A program made the translations under genes and the position numbers. The notes below the pieces were generated by a model. The model saw only the letters and a list, made by a program, of their open reading frames with translations, searched no databases and was not told the origin of the DNA. A stretch of DNA of 63,235 nucleotides, counting the filler, from Nemertoderma westbladi (taxonomy: Eukaryota > Animalia > Xenacoelomorpha), in the NCBI GenBank assembly GCA_032718475.1. It is 3 parts of 3 records of this genome, joined end to end, with 100 filler letters (N's around TTAATTAATTAA, not from the genome) between each part and the next. Parts side by side here need not be neighbours in the genome. Positions count along the whole stretch, not along the records: positions 27,992 to 54,177 come from JAUCBJ010002473.1; 2 more parts are not named here. One strand, 5' to 3'. Position 1 is the stretch's first letter. Each line of letters begins with the position of its first letter. Positions 34,076 to 47,264 of this stretch are shown in pieces.

Positions 34076-35951
34076 TTTCTTATTTTCAAACTGGTTTTCA
34101 TGTGTATATCATGAGTTGGATTTGCGAATGCTACACCCCTGGGCTGAACTGACTTTTAGTCGAAAATATTTCCCCAGACATTTTGACAAGTTTTTGAATT
34201 CCATTCCACTTTGATTATGAAAAAAATGTAATTAAAAAAATCTATTCTCTAAGAAGTAAAGTGACATGCACTTTAGTAAATACAACACTTAAAATGCATA
34301 TTTATGAATTTTTTCTTTTTCATAATTTCCTGGTAAATTAGACTCGTAGCAACTACTAGGCCAACCACAGACAATATAAACCTCATAGCAAATCTATGAG
34401 TGCCCTTGGGGTCTCTGGGCTATATAGGCGTATCACAATCTGACTGCAAATGTATTAAAAATAGTGATAGATAGTAATAAATAATAGTAATAATCCGGGC
34501 CAGGGCGAGTGTGAATATAACTACGATTAATCGTAAATATATTTACGAACGATATTGTTCGTAAAAACAAAATATTTTTACTGCACTGTGAATAAAAGCA
34601 TTTACGATTAATCGTAGTATTTTTACGATTAATCGTACTTTATGACGAAAATTAAAATATGCTCATGTGAATAAAATTTTACGAACGATCGTTGTCGTAA
34701 ATATTGATCGTACGTATTAGAAATCGTTCGTATATTTACGGCAACTCACATGTGCCGTAGCTTAACTAAAGCAAAGTAATAAAGTAAATATAGCTAAATA
34801 TTAATATGTTTTCAGTATGTTTAGGCAGTTCCGTATGTGTGGCTATTTTTGTCTTTTTTAAGCAAGTTTAGCTTTTTTATGGTAATTTCTACAACAATTT
34901 ATTAATCATTGGGAAATAATTTTTTTTAATTAAGTAATAAAGTAACATTATTTTACTTATTTTACATTTTATTTTACATATTTTCCCATGTAATAAATAA
35001 TTATTTTAATTTTTCATTCAATTTTTCATTCAATTGCGGGGTAGCGGCGAAACCCCTGTAAATAGAGTTGTAGCTTGGTGGTGTGCTTCCTTCGTGCCAG
35101 ACATTATTATCGGTAACCAACTACCTAGACTCAAGACTGGCAGTTTTGCATTCAACATTTTGATAAAAAAAATCAACCAAAATGGTCACACTATGCCTAC
35201 TGGTATCCGGCGTGTAATCCCTGGCCTAGCGGCCGAAGAAAATTTACTTTTACTTTTTAACCGTCTGCAGTTCTATGGCCTGCCGCTATAGGGCGTATTA
35301 TCTGAAAATTAACATCTTCTCTAACTTTGTTATTTTCATTCCGATTAGGTTTAAACTCGGTAGGCATCTACTACGGCATAGGCCATATCTTTTACGGAGT
35401 CGCAGAGTAGTCTGAACTTCCCCAGTCTGCCGCTAGAGGTTGTATTATTTGAAAATTAACATCTTCTCTAACTTTGTTATTTACAATCCGCAAAACTATG
35501 AAGCTATATTGCTTAAGAGTTCTGAGGGGCGAGCCATGGGGCAAGATGTTTGAGACTTATTTAGATATATTATTACTTAATTTTGTCCCACCCAGTCGGT
35601 ATCTATTACATATTTACAATATAGGCTATATCTTTTGCGGAGTCACAGAGTAGTCTGAAGTTCCCCAGTCTGCCGCTAGAGGGCGAAATGTCTCAAGTGA
35701 AAATCATACAGTAGCTATGAATTGGGTACTAGGCAATAATACTGCAATTTGTATAGTTAGGCCTATTGCTGACCGAACGAAAACTGCCCTGATCTATGCG
35801 GGGATCGAACCCACGACCTACGGGAGATGTGAATTCAACGCAACCACTACACCAAGGTGGAACAGTAACGTTCGAATTTACTCGTTAACATTCGAATTTG
35901 TAAGACTCTGATTTAATACCTGAGGCACTCCTAAATTCTCGAGTTTTAGGT

Positions 35952-36298
35952 CTGAGGCATAGACTATGCCTCATTGCCTCGCTGAGGCACAGACTATGCC
36001 TCAATGAGGCACAGACTATGCCGCACTGAGGCACAGACTATGCCTCACTGAGGCACTGAGGCATAGATTGTGCCTCACTGAGGCATAGACTATGCCTCAC
36101 TGAGGCACAGACTATGCCTCACTGAGGCACTGAGGCATAGACTGTGCCTCACTGAGGCATAGACTATGCCTCACTGAGGCATAGACTATGCCTCACTGAG
36201 GCATAGACTATGCCTCACTGAGGCACAGACTATGCCTCACTGAGGCATAGACTAGTGCCTCACTGAGGCATAGACTATGCCTCACTGACGCATAGACT
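35952..36298. repeat. 22-bp palindromic minisatellite (TGAGGCATAG-A-CTATGCCTCA-C), left arm
   Basis: Period 22; each unit is a 10-bp inverted repeat with a 1-nt spacer. Confidence 0.95.
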
Positions 36299-36425
36299 AA
36301 ATAGCCGAGTTATATTGCATTACATGAACAATAAATTACAATATACAGTACGAGCAAAAAAGAGTTTGCAAGCACAGGTTCAAATCCAACTAAAGCTCTA
36401 TATATTTTGCACTGAAATACATTTA

Positions 36426-36640
36426 TAATACTAATATAATTATTATGGATAAATACTCCTAATACTAATATAATTATTATGGATAAATACTCCTAATACT
36501 AATATAATTGTTATGGATAAATGCTGCTAATACTAATATAATTGTTATGGATAAATACTCCTAATACTAATATAATTGTTATGGATAAATAGTCCTAATA
36601 CTAATATAATTATTATGGATAAATAGTCCTAATACTATTA
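36426..36640. repeat. 34-bp AT-rich tandem repeat, about 6 copies
   Basis: AATACTAATATAATTATTATGGATAAATACTCCT at 36427, 36461 and onward. Confidence 0.92.
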
Positions 36641-36689
36641 TGAAAGGAACTCAAACAAACAAATGTCAATAGTGTCCTCCTACGCGGGT

Positions 36690-37810
36690 ATTTACTGAAC
36701 GAGAGTTTTTTATCATAGGTCTTCGAAAATTAGTAAAAGCTGGTTGATTTTCTTTACTTTCATCTTCCTCATTACCCAACTGTTTCTTAATTTTATTCAA
36801 TTGTTCATTAATTTTAAGTAATTTACTTTTATTTCCCAGAACCTGTCTTAATATCTATCTCTTCTCTATTTTCTTCATTTTCTTCCATTTGTTTAATAAA
36901 TTTCCGCATTTGATTTTTGTTTCCTAATATTTGTCTCAACATCTCTTCTTTATTTTCTTCATTCTCTTCTACATGTTTAATAAAATTCTGTAATTTAATT
37001 TTACTTCCTAGAACTTGGGTCAATGTCACCTCTTATTTTCTTCATTTTCCTTCAAATGTTTAATAATTTTCCGCAATTTATTCTTATTTCCAAGTAATTG
37101 TCTCAATATTTCCTCATTATCATCATTTTCATCCTCTTCTCCACTTTCCTGATCTTCACTTTCTTCACCCTCTTTCTGACCTTCACTTTCTTCATCCTCT
37201 TCCCCACCTTCACTCTCTTCATCCTCTTCCCCACCTTAACTTTCTTCATCCTCTTCCCCACCTTAACTTTCTTCATCCTCTTCCCCACCTTAACTTTTTT
37301 CATCCTCTTCCCCACCTTAACTTTCTTCATCCTCTTCCTGTTCTTCACTTTCTTCATTCTCTTCCTGACCTTCGCTTTCTTCACCCTCTTCCTGACCTTC
37401 ACTTTCTTCGTCCTCTTCCTGGTCTTCACTTTCTTCGTTCTCAACCTCACTCTCTTCAACTTCATCCTGGCCATCACTATTTTCATTCTCCATCTCATCG
37501 TCCTCTTCTTCTTCATCTTTCTCACTCAAGTTTTCTTCATTTTCTAAAGGTAACTCTTTTTGTATCCCTTTCAAAATATTCCTAACTTTATGAAATTTAT
37601 TTTCCATTGTCTGTTTTATCTTTAATATATCGCGCTCATCTCTCTTTTTCTTTTCATCTTCACTAAAAATATCTTCGGATTTTTAATATTTTTTTGGTAA
37701 CGGATCCATTAGTTTATATCCTTTCTATGTCTTTCCATATGACGAGATAGATTGTCTTGTCTCATTTCTTTATTACAAACCGAACATCTTTCATCTCTAT
37801 GCATTCTTCA
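36690..37810 (-). pseudogene. Decayed gene: C2H2-like finger, acidic 9-aa repeats (27-bp unit) and helical repeats; possibly Polinton/Maverick-derived
   Basis: CSVCNKEMRQDNLSRHMERH at ~37730-37790; (EGGEEDEES)n with stops; three LRQxLGNKNxxRKxIKxxEENEEN-like repeats; the origin is inference. Confidence 0.45.
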
Positions 37811-38302
37811 AACTTAAGCCTAGCTATTTAAAAAATGTATTTTATTTTGATTTCCGAGTTACATGGGTTCACCTTACAAATTCTAACCAATTTACTTATA
37901 TTACATAATGTAAATTATATAAATTTTCACAGCTGTTCCTAAGCCAAAACATGTAACTCGCATGAGATACATGGTGTACGCTTATAGTTACATGGAGTGT
38001 CATTATCACATTAGGGTTACATGGTTCTGCCTTGGCATGCCTTAACAAATTCATATAATGCAGTTACATTCTACCCCCATTTTAGCCCCTTTAGAGTTTA
38101 GGTGCACTCCATTAAGTTCTACCACCAGATAGAGCTTGCCTTAGGCTTTAGAATGATACCAATATCTCAATTTCGTCAAAATTCGAGTTACATAGGTTTG
38201 CCTTAGGACGGCAGTATTATAGAGGGAGGCTAGAATGGATTATCCAATCAGAGCGCGGAAAGTTAGGCAGCCAATGAGAGAGCAGATACGAGTACAGTGG
38301 TA

Positions 38303-38400
38303 CTACTACTAGGATCGGCATGCTGCATTGCAGCTGCATTTTTAAGAATGCTGTGCCGGCTTATCGACAAAATTGCACCGCCACAACTCCCTATCACCGG
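38303..38400 (-). mobile_element. 98-bp 5'-truncated RTE insertion
   Basis: Matches the extreme 3' end and (TAG)n tail of the RTE family; 11-bp TSD GTACAGTGGTA at 38292-38302 and 38401-38411. Confidence 0.9.
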
Positions 38401-38641
38401 GTACAGTGGTAAAGCCCATCCATGGTGAGATAACGACACACTAACTCCCAAGGATAGTTATACTCACCATTCAAATATCCCTCGCAAACCAGATTCCCCC
38501 ATCATTCCCCATCATTCCAGTCATTCCACTTCAGTGCTAAATATATAGAGCTTTAGTTGGATTTGAACCTGTGCTTGCAAACTCTTTTGTGCTCGTATAT
38601 TGTAATTTATTGTTCATGTAATGCAATATAACTCGGCTATT

Positions 38642-38972
38642 TAGTCTATGCCTCAGTGAGGCATAGTCTGTTCCTCAGTGAGGCATAGTCTATGCCCCAG
38701 TGCCTCAGTGAGGCATAGTCTGTGCCTCAGTGAGGCGTAGTCTGTGCTTCAGTGAGGCATAGTCAGTGTCTCAGTGAGGCATAGTCCGTGCCTCAGTGAG
38801 GCATAGTCTGTGCCTCAGTTAGGCACAGTCTGTGCCTCAGTGAGGCATAGTCTGCGCCTCAGTGAGGCATAGTCTGTGCCTCAGTGAGGCATAGTCTGTG
38901 CCTCAGTGAGGCATAGTCTGTGCCTCAGTGAGGCATAGTCTGTGCCTCAGTGAGGCATAGTCTATGCCTCAC
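38642..38972. repeat. 22-bp palindromic minisatellite, right arm (inverted)
   Basis: GTGAGGCATAGTCTGTGCCTCA units, the reverse complement of the left array. Confidence 0.95.
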
Positions 38973-39835
38973 TAGTCTCTAGTTTTCGTTCGGTCAGCAA
39001 TAGTCCTAACTATACAAAATACAGTATTATTGCCTAGTAACCAATTCATAGCTACTGTATGGTTTTCACTTGAGACATTTCGCCCTCTAGCGGAAGACTG
39101 GGAAACTTCAGACTACTCTGTGACTACGCAAAAGATAGGTAAATAGTACAGAAAAGTGATAATATATTTAAATAAGTCTCAAACATCTTGCCTCATGGCT
39201 CGCCCCTCAGAAATCTTAAGCAATATAGCTCCCTAGTTTTGCGGATTGTAAATAACAAAGTTAGAGAAGATGTTAATTTTCAGATAATACCCCCTCTAGC
39301 GGCAGACCATGACCTACTATAGGTCATGGACAGACTATGGAACTGCAGACGGTTGGATATAGGTACTAAGAGTAATTAGTAATCAGAGGTGACACGAGAG
39401 GGGGCGGGGCGCTTGGATGCATCTATTATTAAAAACCTGTTGCTTGGTTAAAGCTAATTGGGGGTCAAAAGTCAACGATAAAGCTGTCTGGTTATAGCTA
39501 AAGAAGTTAGGAAAGAGGCGCGGTGTCACTTATTACACCTGTATGGCCCTCTAGGCGATGGTTGGACAACACTCATGACCCATTGGGTGTTAGGGTGGTA
39601 ATCGGTCTGATTAATTGGAATAATCAATTAAACCCTAATTAGGAGTCGTAAGACACATTAGGGATTAAATGTAATAATTAATTGATGACATCTCGTCAAT
39701 TAGGGCCTAATTAGCATAATTGGGGGGTGTCACCCAGACAGTCTGGCGCCAATGACACCCATAGGTGTCACATTCCTAAGCGATGAGTCATGAGTGGGGT
39801 CTAACTGTCGCCGAGCCGGCCATACTCCTACTACT

Positions 39836-40785
39836 ATTGTGGTTGACTATGTTCTACGACATGTCCTTAGATCATCATAATGATGATGGGGTGATGGTAA
39901 CTCCACCTACTGGCTCCAGAAGTCGAGGAAATCCTGCCAAGTACCTAACTGATCTAGACTTTGCTGATGACTTAGGAGTACTCTCAGAATCACTAGAGGG
40001 AGCCCAACGGCTCCTCAGCTCATTAGAACAGGCTGCTTCTAGTGTTGGCCTTTTTATTAACTCCAAAAAGACCAAAATTTTGACAGTTAACTTTGAAAGT
40101 CCTCAGCAAGTCTCTGACCGGATGAACATAAGCTCAAAGGATGGTATGCTTGAGCATGTGGACGACTTCTGTTACCTGGGATCATGGATCCGGAAGTCAG
40201 GTGAGGACCTTCGAATACGTAAGGGAAAGGCATGGGCAGCCTTGAATTGGCTTTCCAGGATTTGGAAGTCACAGAGAATTAATCGGAAACTTAAGGTCCG
40301 ATTATTTAGAGCAGCAGTAGTTCCAGTACTCCTTATGGGAGTCCATGCTGGGCTCTAACTGCTGAGGACACCAAATCTTTGGATGGCACATTCACAAGAA
40401 TGCTACGCCGGGTTCATTGTGTCAAGTACAATGCACACATCTCCAACCCGACACTATATAACATTGGAGGTGTCTCATTGGTTCCCCCAAGCTTGACACT
40501 AGAACAAAGTCGCCTCCGCTTTGCAGGACATTGCTTTCGCCGTGAGGACCAGCCGGTGCATAATCTTGTGCTTTGGCAGCCTCATGGAGTGAATAAGCAT
40601 GGTGGATAGCCCATGACTTTCTTGAGACGCATCTTAAAGGACACTGGCCTTGAAGATGCGGATGATCTAGCAAATGTCATGGGTGATAGGGAGTTGTGGC
40701 GGCGCAATTTGGTCGACAAGCCGGCACAGCATTTTTAAAAAATGCAGCTGCAATGCAGCATGCCGATCCTAGTAGTAGTAGTAGT
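39836..40785 (+). mobile_element. 5'-truncated RTE LINE with frameshifts and a stop
   Basis: Same RT C-terminal motifs (FADD, YLGS, RFAGHC); (TAG)n tail to 40785. Confidence 0.9.
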
Positions 40786-42803
40786 GGTTTCAAACTAACC
40801 CGGTCTCATCTATGCCTGCCACCCTTAAAGGTTCACTAAATGAGTATCAGCTTCTTCTGGGGAGTAAAGTTCTGTGGGGATCGCATAAGTCGTTTGGGTT
40901 TGTGCGTATACTGTACCTGAACTAATGGCAACGGAACTGGGCAAAGATAACGTTACCTTTTTTTACTATTCGTTACTCGGTATTCATTAAAACATTGTAA
41001 AATATTGGTAACAGTTCCGTAAAGCACTACATTTTTATAACATAAATCATTGTTCCATGGGAACAACGTTGCAGAGTTCTAGAACAAAATATAAATATTA
41101 TACACTATTATAGAACATAAATAAAATAAAAAATATAATTTTCTAGGTGAATATTTTTTTTTCAAATTAAAAATTGCAGTGAGGAGAGTGTGCCCGGGGT
41201 ATGTGTGGCGGCATAACCAACCGCACGACTTTGTATCTAATATCTGAGCCTCGTGTTTCTAATAACTGAGCCTCGTGCTGCGCGAAGGCCCCACAAAACG
41301 TGTACAGGTAGCAATCAGCATAATATAAAACAGCACTATCGGCGATAAACAGTGTACGGTACCGGTAAAATCAGTACGTCTACCCGCAGTATAATTCTCG
41401 GTTCCCGTTAACAGCAAGGACAACCCCAAGTAAGTTAAGTTACACCCCCAACTCCAGCCCCGTTACAAACTTATTATTTATTGAGTTTATTTAATAGTTC
41501 AATTAATTTTTAAGTTTAATAAAAGTTTAATCTTTTTCAAAATGGCACGCCCGACATTGCCTTACATTGGAAGTGGTCTATTCCCAAACCCCATAAGGCC
41601 TCAGCGCACTGAGCACCTTATCAACTGATTCTGATCTCTGATTGGTTCTTAATTCACATTGAATTACATTGCCTGGGGTTTGGAAGTGCCAGTGCCTAGA
41701 CTCTATGGGGTTTGTAAATATTACCTATGCTTTTCCAGGACATGGTCTACGTAGGGCCTAATATAATACTCTCAGCACTAAAAAAATTAATGTCGACAGA
41801 TTGCGCAAGGGACAGTATTTACAATGATATGTTTTCGTAAATTTATTATATATTCTTAATGTCTATAGCCGTACAGTACGTAGAAGGGCCTAAAACATTA
41901 AAGGCATAAAGTTCATGATATTTATGATATATTTAATTGAATGAGGTGAAGATAATTTGAATGCTAATAAGAGTTATATCATTATTGTTATGCGCCACTC
42001 TATTTGTATTTATAACACGTCCGTGGGGCGTCGCGCAGCACGCGTACTTGAGCAAGTTCGAAACAAGTTCGATTTGATTTGGAGTCAAAAGTTCGAGAGG
42101 TATTTGCCCGTAACTTTAAAAAATATTGGAACATTTTCTCTAGTATGCCCATACAAAATTTGGTAAAAATGGTTAAAATCTTCAAAAGTTATTTACGAAT
42201 GAATTTTTCATTACATACGGACAGACAGACAGACAGACTGACGGACATGAAATTTGCCCTATTTACTAATTATAATTGTGCGCTAAGGCTCGCCCTGACG
42301 TGGCTCGCCCCACAAACAGGAGCTCCCCGCAGAAAAAATAGAATGTTAGTAGCGTGACAGCATTATGATATTTTTCATATGAGTCTACAAGTATTTTCAA
42401 AACACATTGCTTGTATAACATAGTGCATAGTAAATTGGAGAAATGCAAGGTGCATAGTGAATTGTTTAGCGCTATCGACTAAGTGATGCTATAGTAACTG
42501 CGGAAACAAAGGTATCACAAGGGGTCCTTAGGTAACTCATATGGAAATATTAAATTTTGCAATTATTCACGTGTGCATAAAAACACTAAAAAACATTATA
42601 TCGAGATTTCAAGAGCTGAATTGTCTCAAAGATTGTGACCCGACTAACTAATCCTTAAATAATGGAACATAACACAACGTATATTTCAACCACAAATCGG
42701 GGTCGTTAAACATTAAGCAAACTGGGGACATTGTGACGTCACTAAATGACGTCCATAGTCTGTGTGTTATACTTAACATTTTTATAGTTGGGGCCAACGG
42801 CCG

Positions 42804-44158
42804 CCTTACAAAAGTTACATGGGCACAGGCGCACCCTGAAGGTATACATACCCCTTACAAAAGTTACATGGGCACAGGCGCACCCTGAAGGTGTACATAC
42901 CCCTTACAAAGGTTACATGGGCACAGGCGCACCCTGAAAGTATACATACCCCTTACAAAAGTTACATGGGCACAGGCGCACCCTGAAGGTGTACATACCC
43001 CTTACAAAAGTTACATTGGCCCAGGCGCACCCTGAAGGTATACATACCCCTTACAAAAGTTACATGGGCACAGGCGCACCCTGAAGGTATACATACCCCT
43101 TACAAAAGTTACATGGGCACAGGCGCACCCTGAAGGTGTACATACCCCTTACAAAAGTTACATTGGCCCAGGCGCACCCTGAAGGTATACATACCCCTTA
43201 CAAAAGTTACATGGGCACAGGCGCACCCTGTGAAGGTATACAATACATACCCCTTACAAAAGTTACATGGGCACAGGCGCACCCTGAAGGTGTACATACC
43301 CCTTACAAAAGTTACATTGGCCCAGGCGCACCCTGAAGGTATACATACCCCTTACAAAAGTTACATGGGCACAGGCGCACCCTGAAGGTATACATACCCC
43401 TTACAAAAGTTACATGGGCACAGGCGCACCCTGAAGGTATACATAACATACCCCTTACAACAGTTACATGGGCACAGGCGCACCCTGAAGGTGTACATAC
43501 CCCTTACAAAGGTTATATGGGCACAGGCGCACCCTGAAGGTATACATACCCCTTACAAAAGTTACATGGGCACAGGCGCACCCTGAAGGTGTACATACCC
43601 CTTACAAAAGTTACATTGGCCCAGGCGCACCCTGAAGGTATACATACCCCTTACAAAAGTTACATGGGCACAGGCGCACCCTGAAGGTATACAATACATA
43701 CCCCTTACAAAAGTTACATGGGCACAGGCGCACCCTGAAGGTATACATACCCCTTACAAAAGTTACATGGGCACAGGCGCACCCTGAAGGTATACATAAC
43801 ATACCCCTTACAAAAGTTACATGGGCACAGGCGCACCCTGAAGGTGTACATACCCCTTACAAAAGTTACATTGGCCCAGGCGCACCCTGAAGGTATACAT
43901 ACCCCTTACAAAAGTTACATGGGCACAGGCGCACCCTGAAGGTATACAATACATACCCGTTACAAAAGTTACATGGGCACAGGCGCACCCTGAAGGTATA
44001 CATACCCCTTACAAAAGTTACATGGGCACAGGCGCACCCTGAAGGTATACATACCCTTACAAAAGTTACATGGGCACAGGCGCACTCTGAAGGTATACAT
44101 ACCCCTTACAAAAGTTACATGGGCACAGGCGCACCCTGAAGGTATACATACCCCTTAC
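42804..44158. repeat. 49-bp minisatellite (CCTTACAAAAGTTACATGGGCACAGGCGCACCCTGAAGGTATACATACC), about 27 copies
   Basis: Period 49 (42804, 42853); some units carry a 5-bp insertion. Confidence 0.97.
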
Positions 44159-45142
44159 ACACAGAACACACACCCCAGTGCGTATTAACTGGGGACGTCC
44201 CCAGTTCGCGAAAGGTCCCCAGAACGCGGGTATTGTATGACACTTACGTCCACAGTATGTAGCTTTAACCAGTGCACCAACACCAACACCAGCACCAGCA
44301 CCAACACCAACATCCCCATCCACCCCCCCCCCCCCCCCCCCCCCCGACACACCCCGACAGACTTTCAGAAAATCACCGATGGCTCACAGTTCTGACTCGC
44401 CCCACAAGCTGATGTTGCGTTGTAGAATTTTAGATTTTTTGTATAATTTTAGATTTTTTCCGATATCAAATATATTCCATTGATTATTAAAAACGTCTAC
44501 ATATTATTATACAAGTAGTATTAATCATCATAAGTATCACTAATTAAATGCTAATAAAGCTAATTATTCACTTTACCCATATGTAGCACCAAAGATTATA
44601 AAACTCAAGCTATTACCGGTACAGTATAAATAAATAATTGTAATTGTCTGTCCTCCTTAAATTAATCAATCCAAATCATTAAAAAAACTCAAGCGAAGAA
44701 TGACCAGCATATTACTGTAATCAAGAGAGCGGGAAAATATTGAAATTATTAATTATTGGCCGAAAATTTCAAATTTTCTATCAGTTTAATAAAAATATAA
44801 TATTTCGATATAATGAAATGAATATGAGTTGAAGTCCAAAAAATATGTATATGGTTTCGATTTTTTCGCTGTTCAAATAATTCATATTACAAATATTGAC
44901 TTAATTAACATGTAATTAGAAGACCGTTAGGACTTTTTACTGTAAAAGTATTCACTATCTATCTTTGTATGTATATAGATAAACTCCTCCGAAACTATAG
45001 CTCGTCCGTCAATGAAAGTTATATCAATCGACGCAGCTCAACCCCAGGATGTGGAATAAAAGTTTCTAAAATAATTATTAAAGTGTCTTTTTTTATTTCG
45101 AAAAATAGCCATAAGACGAAAATTGCCATAGACTAAATGATA

Positions 45143-46294
45143 GAAACACCAGCTGGTTCGGATACGCCCAAACTGAGAGACACCAGCTGGTGCGGATCCG
45201 CCCAAACTGAGAGAAGTATAACACCAGCTGGTGCGGATACGCCCAAACTGAGAGACACCAGCTGGTGCGGATACGCCCAAACGGAGAGAAGTATAACACC
45301 AGCTGGTGCGGATACGCCCAAACTGAGAGAAGTATAACACCAGCTGGTGCGGATACGCCCAAACGGAGAGAAGTATAACACCAGCTGGTGCGGATACGCC
45401 CAAACTGAGAGACACCAGCTGGTGCGGATACGCCCAAACGGAGAGAAGTATAACACCAGCTGGTGCGGATACGCCCAAACTGAGAGAAGTATAACACCAG
45501 CTGATGCGGATCCGCCCAAACTGAGAGAAGTATAATACCAGCTGGTGCGGATACGCCCAAACTGAGAGAAACACCAGCTGGTGCGGATACGCCCAAACTG
45601 AGAGACACCAGCTGGTGCGGATACGCCCAAACTGAGAGAAGTATAACACCAGCTGATGCGGATCCGCCCAAACTGAGAGAAGTATAATACCAGCTGGTGC
45701 GGATACGCCCAAACTGAGAGAAACACCAGCTGGTGCGGATACGCCCAAACTGAGAGACACCAGCTGGTGCGGATACGCCCAAACTGAGAGAAGTATAACA
45801 CCAGCTGATGCGGATCCGCCCAAACTGAGAGAAGTATAATACCAGCTGGTGCGGATACGCCCAAACTGAGAGAAACACCAGCTGGTGCGGATACGCCCAA
45901 ACTGAGAGACACCAGCTGGTGCGGATACGCCCAAACTGAGAGAAGTATAACACACCAGCTGGTGCGGATCCGCCCAAACTGAGAGAAGTGTAATACCAGC
46001 TGGTGCGGATACGCCCAAACTGAGAGACACCAGCTGGTGCGGATACGCCCAAACTGAGAGAAGTATAATACCAGCTGGTGCGGATACGTCCAAACTGAGA
46101 GACACCAGCTGGTGCGGATACGCCCAAACTGAGAGAAGTATAACACCAGCTGGTGCGGATCCGCCCAAACTGAGAGAAGTATAACACCAGCTGGTGCGGA
46201 TCCGCCCAAACTGAGTGAAGTATAACACCAGCTGGTGCGGATCCGCCCAAACTGAGAGAAGTATAACACCAGCTGGTGCGGATACGCCCAAACT
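45143..46294. repeat. Modular minisatellite: 34-bp core ACACCAGCTGGTGCGGATACGCCCAAACTGAGAG with optional short extensions (34/36/42-bp units)
   Basis: Read directly; each unit contains the palindrome CACCAGCTGGTG. Confidence 0.95.
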
Positions 46295-47264
46295 GCACAG
46301 AAGTACTTTACTTGCCAAGTTTAGTAAGGTTGTGTTTACTCACTCACACTATCACAGACAGTAATCAAACATCAACTGTTAGTTTGTATAATGTATTACC
46401 CCGCCAGCTGAATAACTCTTCCCAGTGAATCCTATGGGCACTGGGCCGTTCAACTGTTTTATAGCAGGTTAATAATAATGACATGAAGGGGCTGGTATTA
46501 CTTTCTCTCAGACTGTATAAGCGAAGTTGTTCAATTGGGAGGGACCCAACTACACTACGTTCGTCATGGGCGGTCTTCTTATAGCCAGCTTGGTGGCTTT
46601 TCTAGTTAAATTACACAGATGAAACCACTAAGAACACATTACTAGATGAACTAATTAAGCAGAGATCAGGAAGAAATATAATTACAGCAGAGCAGATAAC
46701 TTATAAAATCATAAACTAAACAAAACAAAGGATAGCCAAATTGTATGAAAGTAATAAAAAAAAGTCATCAATTTATATTTATTTTGTAAAATGTCGAAAC
46801 TATAGTTTATTTAATGATATTTTCTTTCCCAATATTGATCGAAAACATAATTCGTTGATGAAAAATAAATTAAGTACTTGATTACAGTAAAAATGCTCCA
46901 CTATAATAATTAATGATAATAATGGAAGTGTAAATTCGGACGTCCGAAGTAGTGGGGGGGGGGGGGGGGGGGTTGCCAAAAAACGGACAAGCTTGGAGAG
47001 GGGGGTCCGAAAATCCGGGATTTACTCGGACGTCCTTTATGGATGACCCCATATCTCTTTACCGACTTACTTATATAACTTGACTTATATAAATATAAAA
47101 CTTAACTATTACTAATAGGTTTTAGCCACCCCTATCGGTCAGTCAGACAATTTAAGAGATAGTATAATAAATATAATAATTATAAGGCGGATAAAATCAA
47201 AATAGAATTCTTATTGATTTATATTTAAAAGGAGCCAATTAGTAAACCAGTTGATTAAACTAAT

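Larger units (their letters stand above)
35259..39354. repeat. Long inverted arms (~35259-36416 and ~38530-39354) around a 2.1-kb core
   Basis: AACCGTCTGCAGTT...GCACTGAA on the left is collinear with the reverse complement TTCAGTGC...AACTGCAGACGGTT on the right. Confidence 0.8.

Noticed and set aside
35785-35860. tRNA gene on the minus strand (GGTTCGATCCC B-box)
   Set aside because: Only the T-arm region is recognisable and no full cloverleaf is evident; more likely a tRNA-derived SINE remnant.
37098-37547. Phe-rich (+) and Lys/Arg-rich (-) ORFs
   Set aside because: Alternative frames of the 27-bp repeat; the flanking sequence supports the acidic frame.
45038-46318. Three overlapping 378-426 aa ORFs
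   Set aside because: Produced by a stop-free minisatellite strand; repetitive translations in all frames.
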